A DNA stretch of 64,000 nucleotides, taken from IMG/VR virus record IMGVR_UViG_3300017719_000001; one strand, 5' to 3'. The DNA is from an uncultured virus (IMG/VR IMGVR_UViG_3300017719_000001) (lineage: Duplodnaviria; Heunggongvirae; Uroviricota; Caudoviricetes). The notes below the pieces were generated by a model. The model did no database searches and was not told the origin of the DNA. It was given only the letters and a program-made list of their open reading frames with translations. Made by a program: the position numbers and the translations under genes. Below are positions 48,009-57,075 of the stretch, piece by piece. Within the stretch, counting starts at the first letter, position 1. Every line of letters starts with the position of its first letter.

Positions 48009-48697
48009 AGCTTTCCTGTTTCTACTAACTCCTTGGTCATCAAGAAGTCTCTAACTAGCCCACTACGAACAATATCTTCCCAACCGAAATCAATTCGGTC
48101 AAAGTATTTCATTGCATCTAATATTTTTAAAAATTCACCAATTCCGTTTTTATCATTATTATGCCTAAAATCTGATTGGTAATAATCTCCTGATACTATC
48201 ATCTTTGTATTATCACCAAGCCTTGTAATGACTGAGCATAATTCATGATAGTTACAGTTTTGAGCTTCATCAATTATTACAATAGCATTCTTAATGGTTA
48301 AACCTCGTATAAACGAAGTTGTTAAGAACTCTATATTTTTACTTTGTGTCAACTTATCCCATGCGCCCTTATCATCAAACAAATCATTAATGATTGCTCT
48401 ATAAGGTGCTGTATATGCATCTTCTTTTTCTTCCATAGTACCTGGCAAGAATCCCATATCTCTTGTGGGAACCGCACTACGAACTACAATTAGTTTTTCG
48501 TATGGTGTATCCTTATCCATTACCTGTTCCAAGGCCAAATAAGAACCTATGAATGTTTTACCCGTTCCGGCACAGCCAGTTAATACAAGGTTTGATCCTT
48601 CTTTGTATTTAGCAAATGCCGTTGCTTGATTAGCAGTGAGTGGTTCTAGTTTTACTAAGTGTTCAAGCCTTAGTTTACTTGGTTTTTGTTGACTCAT
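48005..48697 (-). CDS. phoH: PhoH-family ATPase
   Basis: GCAGTGKT; MGFLPG..EEK; FIRGLT; IIDEAQN; GD..QSD; DIVRSGLV. Confidence 0.95.
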   Translation of the reverse strand: MSQQKPSKLRLEHLVKLEPLTANQATAFAKYKEGSNLVLTGCAGTGKTFIGSYLALEQVMDKDTPYEKLIVVRSAVPTRDMGFLPGTMEEKEDAYTAPYRAIINDLFDDKGAWDKLTQSKNIEFLTTSFIRGLTIKNAIVIIDEAQNCNYHELCSVITRLGDNTKMIVSGDYYQSDFRHNNDKNGIGEFLKILDAMKYFDRIDFGWEDIVRSGLVRDFLMTKELVETGKL

Positions 48698-48939
48698 TAT
48701 TTTTCTCTAATATTGTCCCTGAGGCTAGGGGGTAAACCCCTTTTCATTTTTTGTTGAACTTCTTTCCATCCATCATCTGTCTTAGATACAACACTGCCTG
48801 TTCCAGCAATGGTAGAGGGAGCTTTTAACATCACTCGTTTTAGATGGGGATTATTTTTAATAAATTCATCATAATCGGCAAGGCGCATAGAATATTCTTT
48901 AACCTCTCCAGTTTCGATGTTTTCAAAATCATACAGCAT
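48697..48939 (-). CDS. FmdB-like small protein (lacks Cys)
   Basis: YDFENIETGE; NPHL; DDGWKEV. Confidence 0.6.
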   Translation of the reverse strand: MLYDFENIETGEVKEYSMRLADYDEFIKNNPHLKRVMLKAPSTIAGTGSVVSKTDDGWKEVQQKMKRGLPPSLRDNIREK

Positions 48940-49501
48940 TAATAAACCACTCCGGTATTTTTCTATTTGTCCAGGCCATTTTAAACCTAGCTTCTTTAGT
49001 TTTGTAAAATAATTGGTATGACTTTACAGCATCGGTTCCACCTAAACCATGAACAACGCATTCTGGATTTGATTTCATTGCTAGTTTAAATGGAGTCATA
49101 CCACCATTTCTGTTGATATTAGTTGGAAGGGATTTTAGTATCTTTCTCAATTTAGTATCAGTTGAATGTATTTTACCATACCTATATTTATACTCGTCGC
49201 ACAGAGCAATGAAATGCTCATAGTGCCAAGAATAATTACAGCAACTTTCTCTTGACCATACTGTGCATGGGTGATTGAAGTGCACTGCTTTGTATAATAT
49301 ATCCTCTCTATCATCAGGCAATTGGTAATACTTTACCTTTGTCTTGCCAGATTTAGAGGGCTTTCTTAATTCTGTTCCGTCTAGCATTCGGTGAACAGTT
49401 GATAGCATCTGTGCAGATTCTACAATCATTTTAACTACGTGTTTATCACACTGTAATTGTGCTGCGATTATTGGATCATTATCTAGTACAAATATATTCA
49501 T
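48929..49501 (-). CDS. pyrimidine dimer DNA glycosylase / endonuclease V-like protein
   Basis: MNIFVLD; DKHVVKMIVESAQMLST; HFNHPCTVW; EYKYRYGKIH. Confidence 0.75.
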   Translation of the reverse strand: MNIFVLDNDPIIAAQLQCDKHVVKMIVESAQMLSTVHRMLDGTELRKPSKSGKTKVKYYQLPDDREDILYKAVHFNHPCTVWSRESCCNYSWHYEHFIALCDEYKYRYGKIHSTDTKLRKILKSLPTNINRNGGMTPFKLAMKSNPECVVHGLGGTDAVKSYQLFYKTKEARFKMAWTNRKIPEWFINAV

Positions 49502-49508
49502 AATATGT

Positions 49509-49537
49509 ATTATATCACATTAAGCAAGGATTGTAAA
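49509..49537 (-). promoter_or_regulatory. early-type sigma70 promoter
   Basis: GTTTACA-17 nt-TATAAT, 7 nt before ATG. Confidence 0.75.
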
Positions 49538-49573
49538 CCCCTAATTTAAAAAACTAGGGGTTTACTGATTTCT

Positions 49574-49738
49574 TTAACCTCCAGCGGCCTGCATATATTT
49601 TATTGTTTCGGTAATATAATCTACCTTTCTTTGCATTTTATAGGCAAGGACATCTTTGCCCTTCTTCAATAGTTTTCTACGATAGTTCACAGTCTCATTA
49701 CGATCTCTTTTTAAGCGTTCAATTTCTTGACAATTCAT
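49574..49738 (-). CDS. hypothetical protein
   Basis: Likely start MNCQEIE after AAGGA RBS. Confidence 0.55.
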   Translation of the reverse strand: MNCQEIERLKRDRNETVNYRRKLLKKGKDVLAYKMQRKVDYITETIKYMQAAGG

Positions 49739-49788
49739 AAATGCGTTCCTTATGTTAGTTATGAGCTTTATTACTATCATAATATATC

Positions 49789-50202
49789 CTACTTCACTAT
49801 TAAACCGGGAAATGCATCCTGGCATAGTGGTTTGGTGATGCCTACGTATTTCATTTTCTTGTCTTTCGCTTTACATAGCATTTCAGCTTCACCTGCAGAT
49901 ACACTCTGCAATAGCTGAAGAAACTTGTTTTGTCTTTCAAAATTCTTAATTTGATTAGACCATTTGGTTTTAAAGAAGTACCTAAAATCATCATAGTGTG
50001 CTTCTAATGTAGTTTTACCTTTCTTATCAAGCTCTACATCTGGTAGGCCTTCTGGTAAAATACATTGTACTGCATCATCAAAATTCATTCTAATGATGTC
50101 CTTTAATAAGCCACTTTCATGCGCTTGCAAGTTGGCAATTCTTTCTTCTCTAGTTTTGAGCCTAGATGTCTCTCTTAATACTTTAATTACTGGTTTATCC
50201 AT
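49789..50202 (-). CDS. hypothetical T4-like protein downstream of rnh
   Basis: LPEG.P; F.QLL.S....EAEML...KDK; AFPGL. Confidence 0.7.
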   Translation of the reverse strand: MDKPVIKVLRETSRLKTREERIANLQAHESGLLKDIIRMNFDDAVQCILPEGLPDVELDKKGKTTLEAHYDDFRYFFKTKWSNQIKNFERQNKFLQLLQSVSAGEAEMLCKAKDKKMKYVGITKPLCQDAFPGLIVK

Positions 50203-51052
50203 TGTAAAATTCCTCCGTTACATCAATCAAATGATTGCATCTTTTTTTAATTAAATAATTCAAAACCTTCATCTTCATTGGAACTTTCTGTTCTTCGTAA
50301 GTTGTTAGGATTTGCCCTTTTAGTTCCTCAGGAACTTCAGTCAAATCAATTAACTTTTTATTCCTTTGGTAATTTCTAAAAATTTCTTGTGGCATTACTT
50401 CTCTTAAATTATCAGAGTTGGTAATCCATTCATCAATTCTGGTCTGCCTGAGTGGCGTCTGTTTGGCGTCTGTAACAAAGGTATCATCTGCGGACAGTAT
50501 ATTCGGGACGCCGTCTCCAGCATCGCCACGCATAATATGATTCCACATATATGTAAGTGGGTTTTTGTCTGCAACCATTTTCTTTTGAATTGGAGAAAAC
50601 TGTTTAACATTTTTATACCTCTGTAGTTGAATAAAATCTTTATCAGAAGATACAATCATTACAGGCTCGTGTTGGCCAAATTCTTGTGTTTGTAGAGCAA
50701 GAGTACCAATAATATCATCAGCTTCACAAGTATCAATTTGAATAACTTTGTAAGGCAGATTTTGTTGAATCTCTTCTCTAACCATTGTTAAGATACGGAA
50801 AATTTCAGGCCAATCTTGATCACTATTATTATCTCTGTTCTTTTTACGATTCGCCTTATAGTGTGGATATAACTCTTTACGCCAGCTGTTCCCACTATCA
50901 ACACATATAACCATCTGGCCATATTCGTCTCTATATCGTTTATTGTACATACGAATGCTGTTGAGTATCATATGTCGAATCATGTTTTCTTCATTCAATT
51001 TCTGAATGAAAATATTGCTGAGTGCAATTTGACTATAATCAAGTAATATCAT
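50195..51052 (-). CDS. rnh: T4-type RNase H (5'-3' exonuclease)
   Basis: MILLDYSQ; WRKELYPHYKANR; EADDII; SSDKDFIQL; GDAGDGVPN. Confidence 0.95.
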   Translation of the reverse strand: MILLDYSQIALSNIFIQKLNEENMIRHMILNSIRMYNKRYRDEYGQMVICVDSGNSWRKELYPHYKANRKKNRDNNSDQDWPEIFRILTMVREEIQQNLPYKVIQIDTCEADDIIGTLALQTQEFGQHEPVMIVSSDKDFIQLQRYKNVKQFSPIQKKMVADKNPLTYMWNHIMRGDAGDGVPNILSADDTFVTDAKQTPLRQTRIDEWITNSDNLREVMPQEIFRNYQRNKKLIDLTEVPEELKGQILTTYEEQKVPMKMKVLNYLIKKRCNHLIDVTEEFYNG

Positions 51053-51404
51053 TATCTGTTTCCATTTTTTTCCTAGCTTCAAGTGTTTTCAATTTTATAT
51101 AGAGCGAATCCATATCTTTTTGTAATTCATGTTCTAAACCAAGAAACCTCACAAATGTAGCATGAAGTAAGTTTACGATTACATGCATATCTCTAGCTTC
51201 ACCGAATTTTTCTTCCCTCATGTTAAATCCTTGTAACCAGCCAATATCATCTTCTTGTGATAATGCTGCCACTTCTTCTTCAACACAAGCTACAAGATGT
51301 TGTGCAGTTTGAATACAACCATCTAGTAGATCATTCAGTAGTTCGTCTTGATCAAGAGGTCTTTCGATCTCTTTCCCTGTTGCAAAGTCTATTAATTTTC
51401 CCAT
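51039..51404 (-). CDS. hypothetical protein
   Basis: Likely start MGKLIDF just after promoter. Confidence 0.6.
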   Translation of the reverse strand: MGKLIDFATGKEIERPLDQDELLNDLLDGCIQTAQHLVACVEEEVAALSQEDDIGWLQGFNMREEKFGEARDMHVIVNLLHATFVRFLGLEHELQKDMDSLYIKLKTLEARKKMETDNDIT

Positions 51405-51413
51405 AATAGGTAT

Positions 51414-51442
51414 ATTATAACACACTTTTAGGCATTTGTAAA
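51414..51442 (-). promoter_or_regulatory. early-type sigma70 promoter
   Basis: GTTTACA-17 nt-TATAAT. Confidence 0.75.
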
Positions 51443-51445
51443 CCC

Positions 51446-51868
51446 CTATTTTAAATTTTTTATTGCGTTTCCACCAAGCTTAATCTGTATGATACCGTTA
51501 TAATAATCATCGGTTAATAACACTTCTCGATCAAACTGTTCCTTAGCTTCCATATAAGCACATTCTCCGCGTGTTTTACACAGGTGCAGTATGTCTCTAT
51601 GGAACGTGTCTACGCCCATTTTCTCTACATCTTCTACCAAATGTTTATTTGACCCATAGTAATTCTTCCAGTCGCTTTCAATCAAAAGCTTCTTTCTTCT
51701 CTTGCGAGTCTTGGTTATTGGTAGTGTCTTTTTGAACCAAAAGAACTTCTTCCCCACGTACTTCTGACCCGTGGCTCGGTTCGTTATCAGATAAACAAAA
51801 CCATATAGTTCTTTGGGATCTTGCCCTTCTGGCAAGTCGTACTCTCTGCCTTGATAATGCCATGTCAT
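51446..51868 (-). CDS. GIY-YIG family nuclease (Seg-like catalytic domain only)
   Basis: GFVYLITN....KYVGKK; YYGS; E..EQ; YYN. Confidence 0.82.
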   Translation of the reverse strand: MTWHYQGREYDLPEGQDPKELYGFVYLITNRATGQKYVGKKFFWFKKTLPITKTRKRRKKLLIESDWKNYYGSNKHLVEDVEKMGVDTFHRDILHLCKTRGECAYMEAKEQFDREVLLTDDYYNGIIQIKLGGNAIKNLK

Positions 51869-51876
51869 ACTCTTAT

Positions 51877-52026
51877 TTATTCATCAAAATCTAGTTCGCC
51901 GAATCTATCATCAGATTCCTGTTGTTCACCGCAATGAGGGCAATGTATTCTTTCAGGCACATCACCTTCAAAAATAATTTCACAGGATGAAAAACAGCCT
52001 TCACATTCCAGTTGATAAGTGAACAT
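51877..52026 (-). CDS. small zinc-ribbon protein (49 aa)
   Basis: Manual: MFTYQLECEGC...IHCPHCGE...; AGGAG RBS. Confidence 0.7.
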   Translation of the reverse strand: MFTYQLECEGCFSSCEIIFEGDVPERIHCPHCGEQQESDDRFGELDFDE

Positions 52027-52034
52027 TTATTCTC

Positions 52035-52256
52035 CTAACTTATTTTTTGTTTTAACTGTTCGTACCCGCCAATTTTTTCCCCATTTAAAATGATCTGAGG
52101 GAATGTTCTTGCAGTTGGGAATTTTTCTATCATTTCTTCTCTTGTAAAATCTGACCCAAGTTGTTTATATTCAAATTTTACCTCTTTCTGTGTACATAAC
52201 ACTTTGGCCATATCACAAAAAGGACATTGTTCTTTTCCATATATTTCTGCTATCAA
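52035..52256 (-). CDS. nrdC: glutaredoxin
   Basis: CPFC; ARTFPQI; IGGY; TTG start. Confidence 0.92.
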   Translation of the reverse strand: MIAEIYGKEQCPFCDMAKVLCTQKEVKFEYKQLGSDFTREEMIEKFPTARTFPQIILNGEKIGGYEQLKQKIS

Positions 52257-52456
52257 TTTACTACTCCATTAATTAACCAAAACGAAAACAACATTCCTGC
52301 AAAGACTAATCCTTGAATAACTGTTGCCCAAACAATTTGTCGCATTGGGTGTATATCTGATAATTTTTCCACCATTGATTCATTTGGTGATAAATTAACT
52401 ATTTGTAATGCCTTCTTTTGGGCTTCAGGCTTTGTGAACCAAGGTATATAAATCAT
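52253..52456 (-). CDS. small membrane protein
   Basis: C-terminal hydrophobic helix; coupled to nrdB. Confidence 0.6.
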   Translation of the reverse strand: MIYIPWFTKPEAQKKALQIVNLSPNESMVEKLSDIHPMRQIVWATVIQGLVFAGMLFSFWLINGVVN

Positions 52457-53526
52457 AAACTTAATCCTGATAATGTGTTCTCATCAACATCTTTCTTTAC
52501 TCCACCAGTAACATAAGAAGTGATTTCGGTTTCTTGTGGTGCGACTTGTACATCACCACCACCAATCCACTTTTGTGTCCAAGGTAAAGGGTTTGCTTGA
52601 GGGACAGTATATGGGCAATGAAGGCCTAAAGCTCTCATTCTTTTACAACCAATCCACTCAATATATTCTTCCAATATTGCCTGGTTTAGGCCGATCATCG
52701 AGCCATCTTTAAATAGGTATCGGGCCCATTCTTTCTCTTGCTCGATAACTTGAGTGAATAATTTAATTACTTCTGGTTCCATTTTCTTTGCAATCTTTAC
52801 AAAGTCCTTATCTTCCTGAAGCATTTTCTTAATAATAGTAGTAGTGCCAGCAAGGTGTGTATTTTCATCACGTGCAATAAATTTAATAATCTTTGCATTA
52901 CCTTCCATTTTCTTTAGTTCGGCAAATGCCCAACTACAAGCAAATGATACATAGAATCTAATACCTTCAAGTGCATTGGCACTCATCATACACATATATA
53001 GAGATGTTTTATGGTCCATTCTATTAGTAGCACTATTATTACAATCAATTAAATCATCATAATATTTTGCAATATCATTACCACAATCTAGGATTTCTTT
53101 TACATCTAGCATACCATCAAATACAGTAGAAGGGTCAGCGTAAATATTCCTAATGATATGAGTATAAGATCTACTATGAATAGTCTCGAAGAAACTCCAA
53201 GTTTCGATCCAGTTTTCAAGCTCTGGTAAACTTGCAATAGGTAAGAATGCCAGATTGGGAGCTCTGCCTTGAACCGAATCCAGTAGTATTTGCCTCTTGA
53301 GATTAGAAGTGAAAATGTGCTTTTCATGATCTGTTAATCCGTTAAAGTCCTTTTTATCTTTTGAAATATCTACCTCTTCGGGCCTCCAAAAGAATCCTAA
53401 TTGTTTCTCTGTGATTTTTTCAATTTGTGGATATTTTACTTCATCAAATCTCTGAATATCTACTGATTCATCTAAGAATAGATTTTTATTCATATGAGAT
53501 TTTTTATTCTTCTTCAATACTGCCAT
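52453..53526 (-). CDS. nrdB: class Ia ribonucleotide reductase beta subunit
   Basis: FFWRPEE; LLDSVQGR; ETIHSRSY; LEGIRFYVSF; RDENTH; VAPQETE..SY. Confidence 0.97.
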   Translation of the reverse strand: MAVLKKNKKSHMNKNLFLDESVDIQRFDEVKYPQIEKITEKQLGFFWRPEEVDISKDKKDFNGLTDHEKHIFTSNLKRQILLDSVQGRAPNLAFLPIASLPELENWIETWSFFETIHSRSYTHIIRNIYADPSTVFDGMLDVKEILDCGNDIAKYYDDLIDCNNSATNRMDHKTSLYMCMMSANALEGIRFYVSFACSWAFAELKKMEGNAKIIKFIARDENTHLAGTTTIIKKMLQEDKDFVKIAKKMEPEVIKLFTQVIEQEKEWARYLFKDGSMIGLNQAILEEYIEWIGCKRMRALGLHCPYTVPQANPLPWTQKWIGGGDVQVAPQETEITSYVTGGVKKDVDENTLSGLSL

Positions 53527-53677
53527 TCACTTTTCCTTTTTTTCTAAATCGTTTATTATAACCTTTTTTAATACTTTTAGTGACGCCTGGTTTTGTTAAA
53601 TAACAATACCATCTACGAGCATCAGTTAAAGCATCCCATTCTGCTCCACCTTTTAAAGGTATTCTTTCTTTTTTCAT
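53504..53677 (-). CDS. small basic protein between nrdA and nrdB (57 aa)
   Basis: Manual: MKKERIPLKGGAEWDALTDARRWYCYLTKPGVTKSIKKGYNKRFRKK...; ATGA-coupled to nrdA. Confidence 0.6.
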   Translation of the reverse strand: MKKERIPLKGGAEWDALTDARRWYCYLTKPGVTKSIKKGYNKRFRKKGKVNGSIEEE

Positions 53678-55974
53678 ATCTTACAACTATCGCAGTCTTC
53701 CTCGTCAATGATTGTTTGCTCTAGCTCTGGTAACTCTTCTTTAATTTCTCCAGAACCATCATAGGTATTAAAGTAATATAGTTGTTTTAATCCATATTTG
53801 TATGATGTTACTAAATCTTGTAACATAACAGACATAGGGATTTTATTATCCTCAAACTTCTCTGGGTTATATGAAGTATTTACAGAGATACCTTGGTCAA
53901 TATATTTCTGTAAAATTGCACAAATTTTCAAATAACCATCAGGACTTTCTTGGTCCCATAACAAGTCATACTTGTTTTTCAAATGGTGGTAGCCTGGAAC
54001 AACTTGTGCAAGAACACCGTCCTTACTTTGTTTGTAGGATACCAAGGCACGTGGTGGTTCAATACCATTCGTGCTATTAGAAATTTGTGCGGATGTTTCT
54101 GCAGGCATTAATGCCATAAGAGTAGAATTACGGATACCGGTGTCTTTGAGTTGAGTTCTCAGCTCGTTCCACTTTTTCCTTTCTTTATGCTCTATTAAAT
54201 TATCTATCGCACTCTTATATGTATCAATTGGCAATACTCCACTGGCGTATTTTGTTTCATTATTTAAAGGTATTTTACCCTTTTCTTTGGCCAGATTTGC
54301 AGATGATTTAATTAAATAATATGACCATGCTTCTGCATATTCATCAACAACTTCGAATGCAGATTCATCATATTTAAGACCTCTCTTGGCTAGAAAATAT
54401 GCTAGATTGATAATTCCAACACCAAGGGGTCTACGATTCATAGTCCCATGTTCTGCCGCAGGTACAGGATAAGACTGATAATCAAGCAGCTCATCGAGAG
54501 CACGGACAGATAAATCGCAATATCTTTTAAATTCTGAGGGCTCATTAATTAATCCCCAGTTGATTGCAGAGAGTGTGCATAGTGATATTTCCCCTTCGGT
54601 ATCATCAGCAGCATTGAGTGGTTTTGTAGGTAAATCAATTTCACAGCATAGGTTACTCATACGAATAGGAGCTTCTTTTGGATTAAATGCTCCATGATCA
54701 TTTGCATGGTCAACATTCATTACATAAATTCTACCTGTGTCTTTTCGTTCTGTTAAGAGCATCTGAAATACATCTAGGGCAGGTAATACTTTCTTCCTAA
54801 CATTACGTGCCTTTTCGTATTTTTCATATAGCTCTTTAAATTTATCTTGATCATCAAAGAATGATTCATATAGCCCTGGCACATCGCTTGGATCAAAGAA
54901 TGTAATGTCTCCACCCGAAAGCAATCGTTCATACATTGTTTTATTTAATTGGAATGCATAATCCATATGCCTTACACGATTTTCTTCAGTACCTTTATTG
55001 TTTTTCAATACAACTAAGTCTTCAAACTCATAGTGCCAGATTGGTAGATATACAGTAGCAGCACCACCACGAACACCACCTTGTGAACATGATTTAACAG
55101 CGGCTTGAAAATACTTTAAGAATGGAATAAGACCTGTGTGAACAATAGAACCATCACCCACTCTTGCCCCATCGGCTCTAATAGCACCAGCCCCAATACC
55201 GATACCAGCCTTTTTACTGATATATTTTACGATAGAGGTGGCAGTAGAGTTGATGCTGTCAAGAGAATCACCAGATTCAATGAGCACACAAGACGAAAAC
55301 TGACGGGTTGGAGTCCGTACACCTGCCATAATTGGCGTAGGCAATGAAATGTAGAATTGAGAAATTGCATCATAATATTCCTTAACATATTTTAATCGAG
55401 TTTCTAATGGGTAATTTTGAAATAGTGTAGCAGAAACCATCATGTATAACATCTGTGGTGTTTCATAATGTGTTTTAGTTGATCTTTCTTGAACTAAATA
55501 TTTACCTCTAAACTGTTCCATGCCTGCAAAGGTAAATGTATCATCTCGTTCATGTTTAATATAATCATTTAAATCATTAATTTCTTCAGGTATGTAAGCT
55601 TTCATGATGCCGCCATCATAAACTCCTCGGTCTACATTCTGAATAATAAGATCTTTTAGATGCCAAGGTGTATAATCCCCATAAACTTCCTTTCTCAGCT
55701 TATAAGAAATTAACCTAGCGGCAACAAATTGATAATTTGGGGTGTGATCTGATATAAGTTCTGCAGCTGACTTGATTAACAATTCGTGAATATCATATGC
55801 GGGAATCTTATCATATAGTTGTATATTAGCTTTTAATTCTATCTCTGACATAGAGACACCTGCGATATCCGCCACGGCCCATTCTAGTACCTGATGTACT
55901 TTCTCTAAATCAAACTCTTGCAGCGTGCCGTCACGCTTAGTAACCTTAATTGACATTGTATTAATTCCATTCAT
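53674..55974 (-). CDS. nrdA: class Ia ribonucleotide reductase alpha subunit with ATP cone
   Basis: VTKRDG cone; QFSSCVL; SNLCCEI; CTLSA; MPAETSAQ; LYY; CDSC; alternative start at 55956. Confidence 0.97.
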   Translation of the reverse strand: MNGINTMSIKVTKRDGTLQEFDLEKVHQVLEWAVADIAGVSMSEIELKANIQLYDKIPAYDIHELLIKSAAELISDHTPNYQFVAARLISYKLRKEVYGDYTPWHLKDLIIQNVDRGVYDGGIMKAYIPEEINDLNDYIKHERDDTFTFAGMEQFRGKYLVQERSTKTHYETPQMLYMMVSATLFQNYPLETRLKYVKEYYDAISQFYISLPTPIMAGVRTPTRQFSSCVLIESGDSLDSINSTATSIVKYISKKAGIGIGAGAIRADGARVGDGSIVHTGLIPFLKYFQAAVKSCSQGGVRGGAATVYLPIWHYEFEDLVVLKNNKGTEENRVRHMDYAFQLNKTMYERLLSGGDITFFDPSDVPGLYESFFDDQDKFKELYEKYEKARNVRKKVLPALDVFQMLLTERKDTGRIYVMNVDHANDHGAFNPKEAPIRMSNLCCEIDLPTKPLNAADDTEGEISLCTLSAINWGLINEPSEFKRYCDLSVRALDELLDYQSYPVPAAEHGTMNRRPLGVGIINLAYFLAKRGLKYDESAFEVVDEYAEAWSYYLIKSSANLAKEKGKIPLNNETKYASGVLPIDTYKSAIDNLIEHKERKKWNELRTQLKDTGIRNSTLMALMPAETSAQISNSTNGIEPPRALVSYKQSKDGVLAQVVPGYHHLKNKYDLLWDQESPDGYLKICAILQKYIDQGISVNTSYNPEKFEDNKIPMSVMLQDLVTSYKYGLKQLYYFNTYDGSGEIKEELPELEQTIIDEEDCDSCKI

Positions 55975-55988
55975 TGTATAATATGTAT

Positions 55989-56017
55989 ATTATATCACAA
56001 CCCACACGGATTGTAAA
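55989..56017 (-). promoter_or_regulatory. early-type sigma70 promoter for nrd operon
   Basis: GTTTACA-17 nt-TATAAT. Confidence 0.75.
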
Positions 56018-56029
56018 CACATTTTTTAA

Positions 56030-56323
56030 TTATTTTTCAGTAAGATGTTTTGTTATTTCTTTAGAATGTATCTCAAAAAGAGTCTCCATATCCTCTTCTA
56101 AAGCATCTAGTCTTTCTGCTTGTAGAGGGTATTGCTTTCTAAATTTGGCATCTTTCTTCATTAGCTCTAAAGAGTACTTTAATGCAAAATACTCCATAAA
56201 TCTATCCACTTGTTTTTGGAACCATATACCTAGTGTAGTGCCTTGAAACCACTGATAAAAAGAGGAACCAATAATACTAGAGAGAATAGATTTTAGTGAC
56301 AGTACGATTAACCAGTGCATCAC
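56030..56323 (-). CDS. hypothetical protein with hydrophobic N-terminus
   Basis: 97 aa, coupled to lipase. Confidence 0.6.
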   Translation of the reverse strand: MMHWLIVLSLKSILSSIIGSSFYQWFQGTTLGIWFQKQVDRFMEYFALKYSLELMKKDAKFRKQYPLQAERLDALEEDMETLFEIHSKEITKHLTEK

Positions 56324-57075
56324 TTATCCCTTTTCTTTAGTCTATTAATAGCTCTTACATAATTGGGAATGCCGTGGTCAACAATCCCATCGAAAAACTT
56401 AAATCTTTTCCATGAGTTTAAAATACCATAAAACAGATCAGCCCATGTAGGTTTAGCCTGTGCATCACCATTTCTATCAAAGTAGACCATTTCGCCGTGA
56501 TGCCTAAACCCTAACCATGCGGGTGGTATTCTACATACAATATCATTATTATTCATAAATCTTGTATGTGGTACTGTAATATTTTTAATAAAGTGTTTGC
56601 CACCTACTCTCGGTGAACCAAAGGTGAATAACTCTTGAGCTTGTGGGTATCTGGTAGAAGCAATAGTTGCCATAGCAGCACCTAAGCTATGACCAGTAAA
56701 ATAAACATCTTTACGGATTTTTAATTGATCATTGTGCTCTAATTCTGCTACAATGTCAAGCCATAAATCATTAACTTCTTTTTGGAATCCACTGTGAACT
56801 TTACCACCAGCTGTGGCTGAATTTTTAATAACATTTAAGTCAGCCATGACATCATTTAGTTTAGAAGGTTCTGTACCCCTAAACGCAAACCATAAATCAT
56901 TTCTGTCTTTTGCGACTAATACCTCTGCACCATCTCTGCTAATTAATTTTGCCCATGGAAATCCTAATTTTTTAGCCCCATCGACAACTTGTTTTTCATT
57001 TTTATATGCAAGAGCTGATAGTTTTGCTGCAATTAATGCTCTATCCCACTTACCCAATTCTTTTATTTTACTCAT
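56320..57075 (-). CDS. class 3 lipase
   Basis: AFRGTE; VHSGF; TGHSLGAA; TFGSPRVG; NDIV..IPP; DH; start MSKIKEL after GGAGG. Confidence 0.92.
   Translation of the reverse strand: MSKIKELGKWDRALIAAKLSALAYKNEKQVVDGAKKLGFPWAKLISRDGAEVLVAKDRNDLWFAFRGTEPSKLNDVMADLNVIKNSATAGGKVHSGFQKEVNDLWLDIVAELEHNDQLKIRKDVYFTGHSLGAAMATIASTRYPQAQELFTFGSPRVGGKHFIKNITVPHTRFMNNNDIVCRIPPAWLGFRHHGEMVYFDRNGDAQAKPTWADLFYGILNSWKRFKFFDGIVDHGIPNYVRAINRLKKRDK

Noticed and set aside
51446..51868. Mobile homing endonuclease
   Set aside because: Only a catalytic domain, no C-terminal DNA-binding extension or intron context; mobility unsupported
52453..55974. Intron or intein in nrdA/nrdB
   Set aside because: Both ORFs are continuous and of normal length
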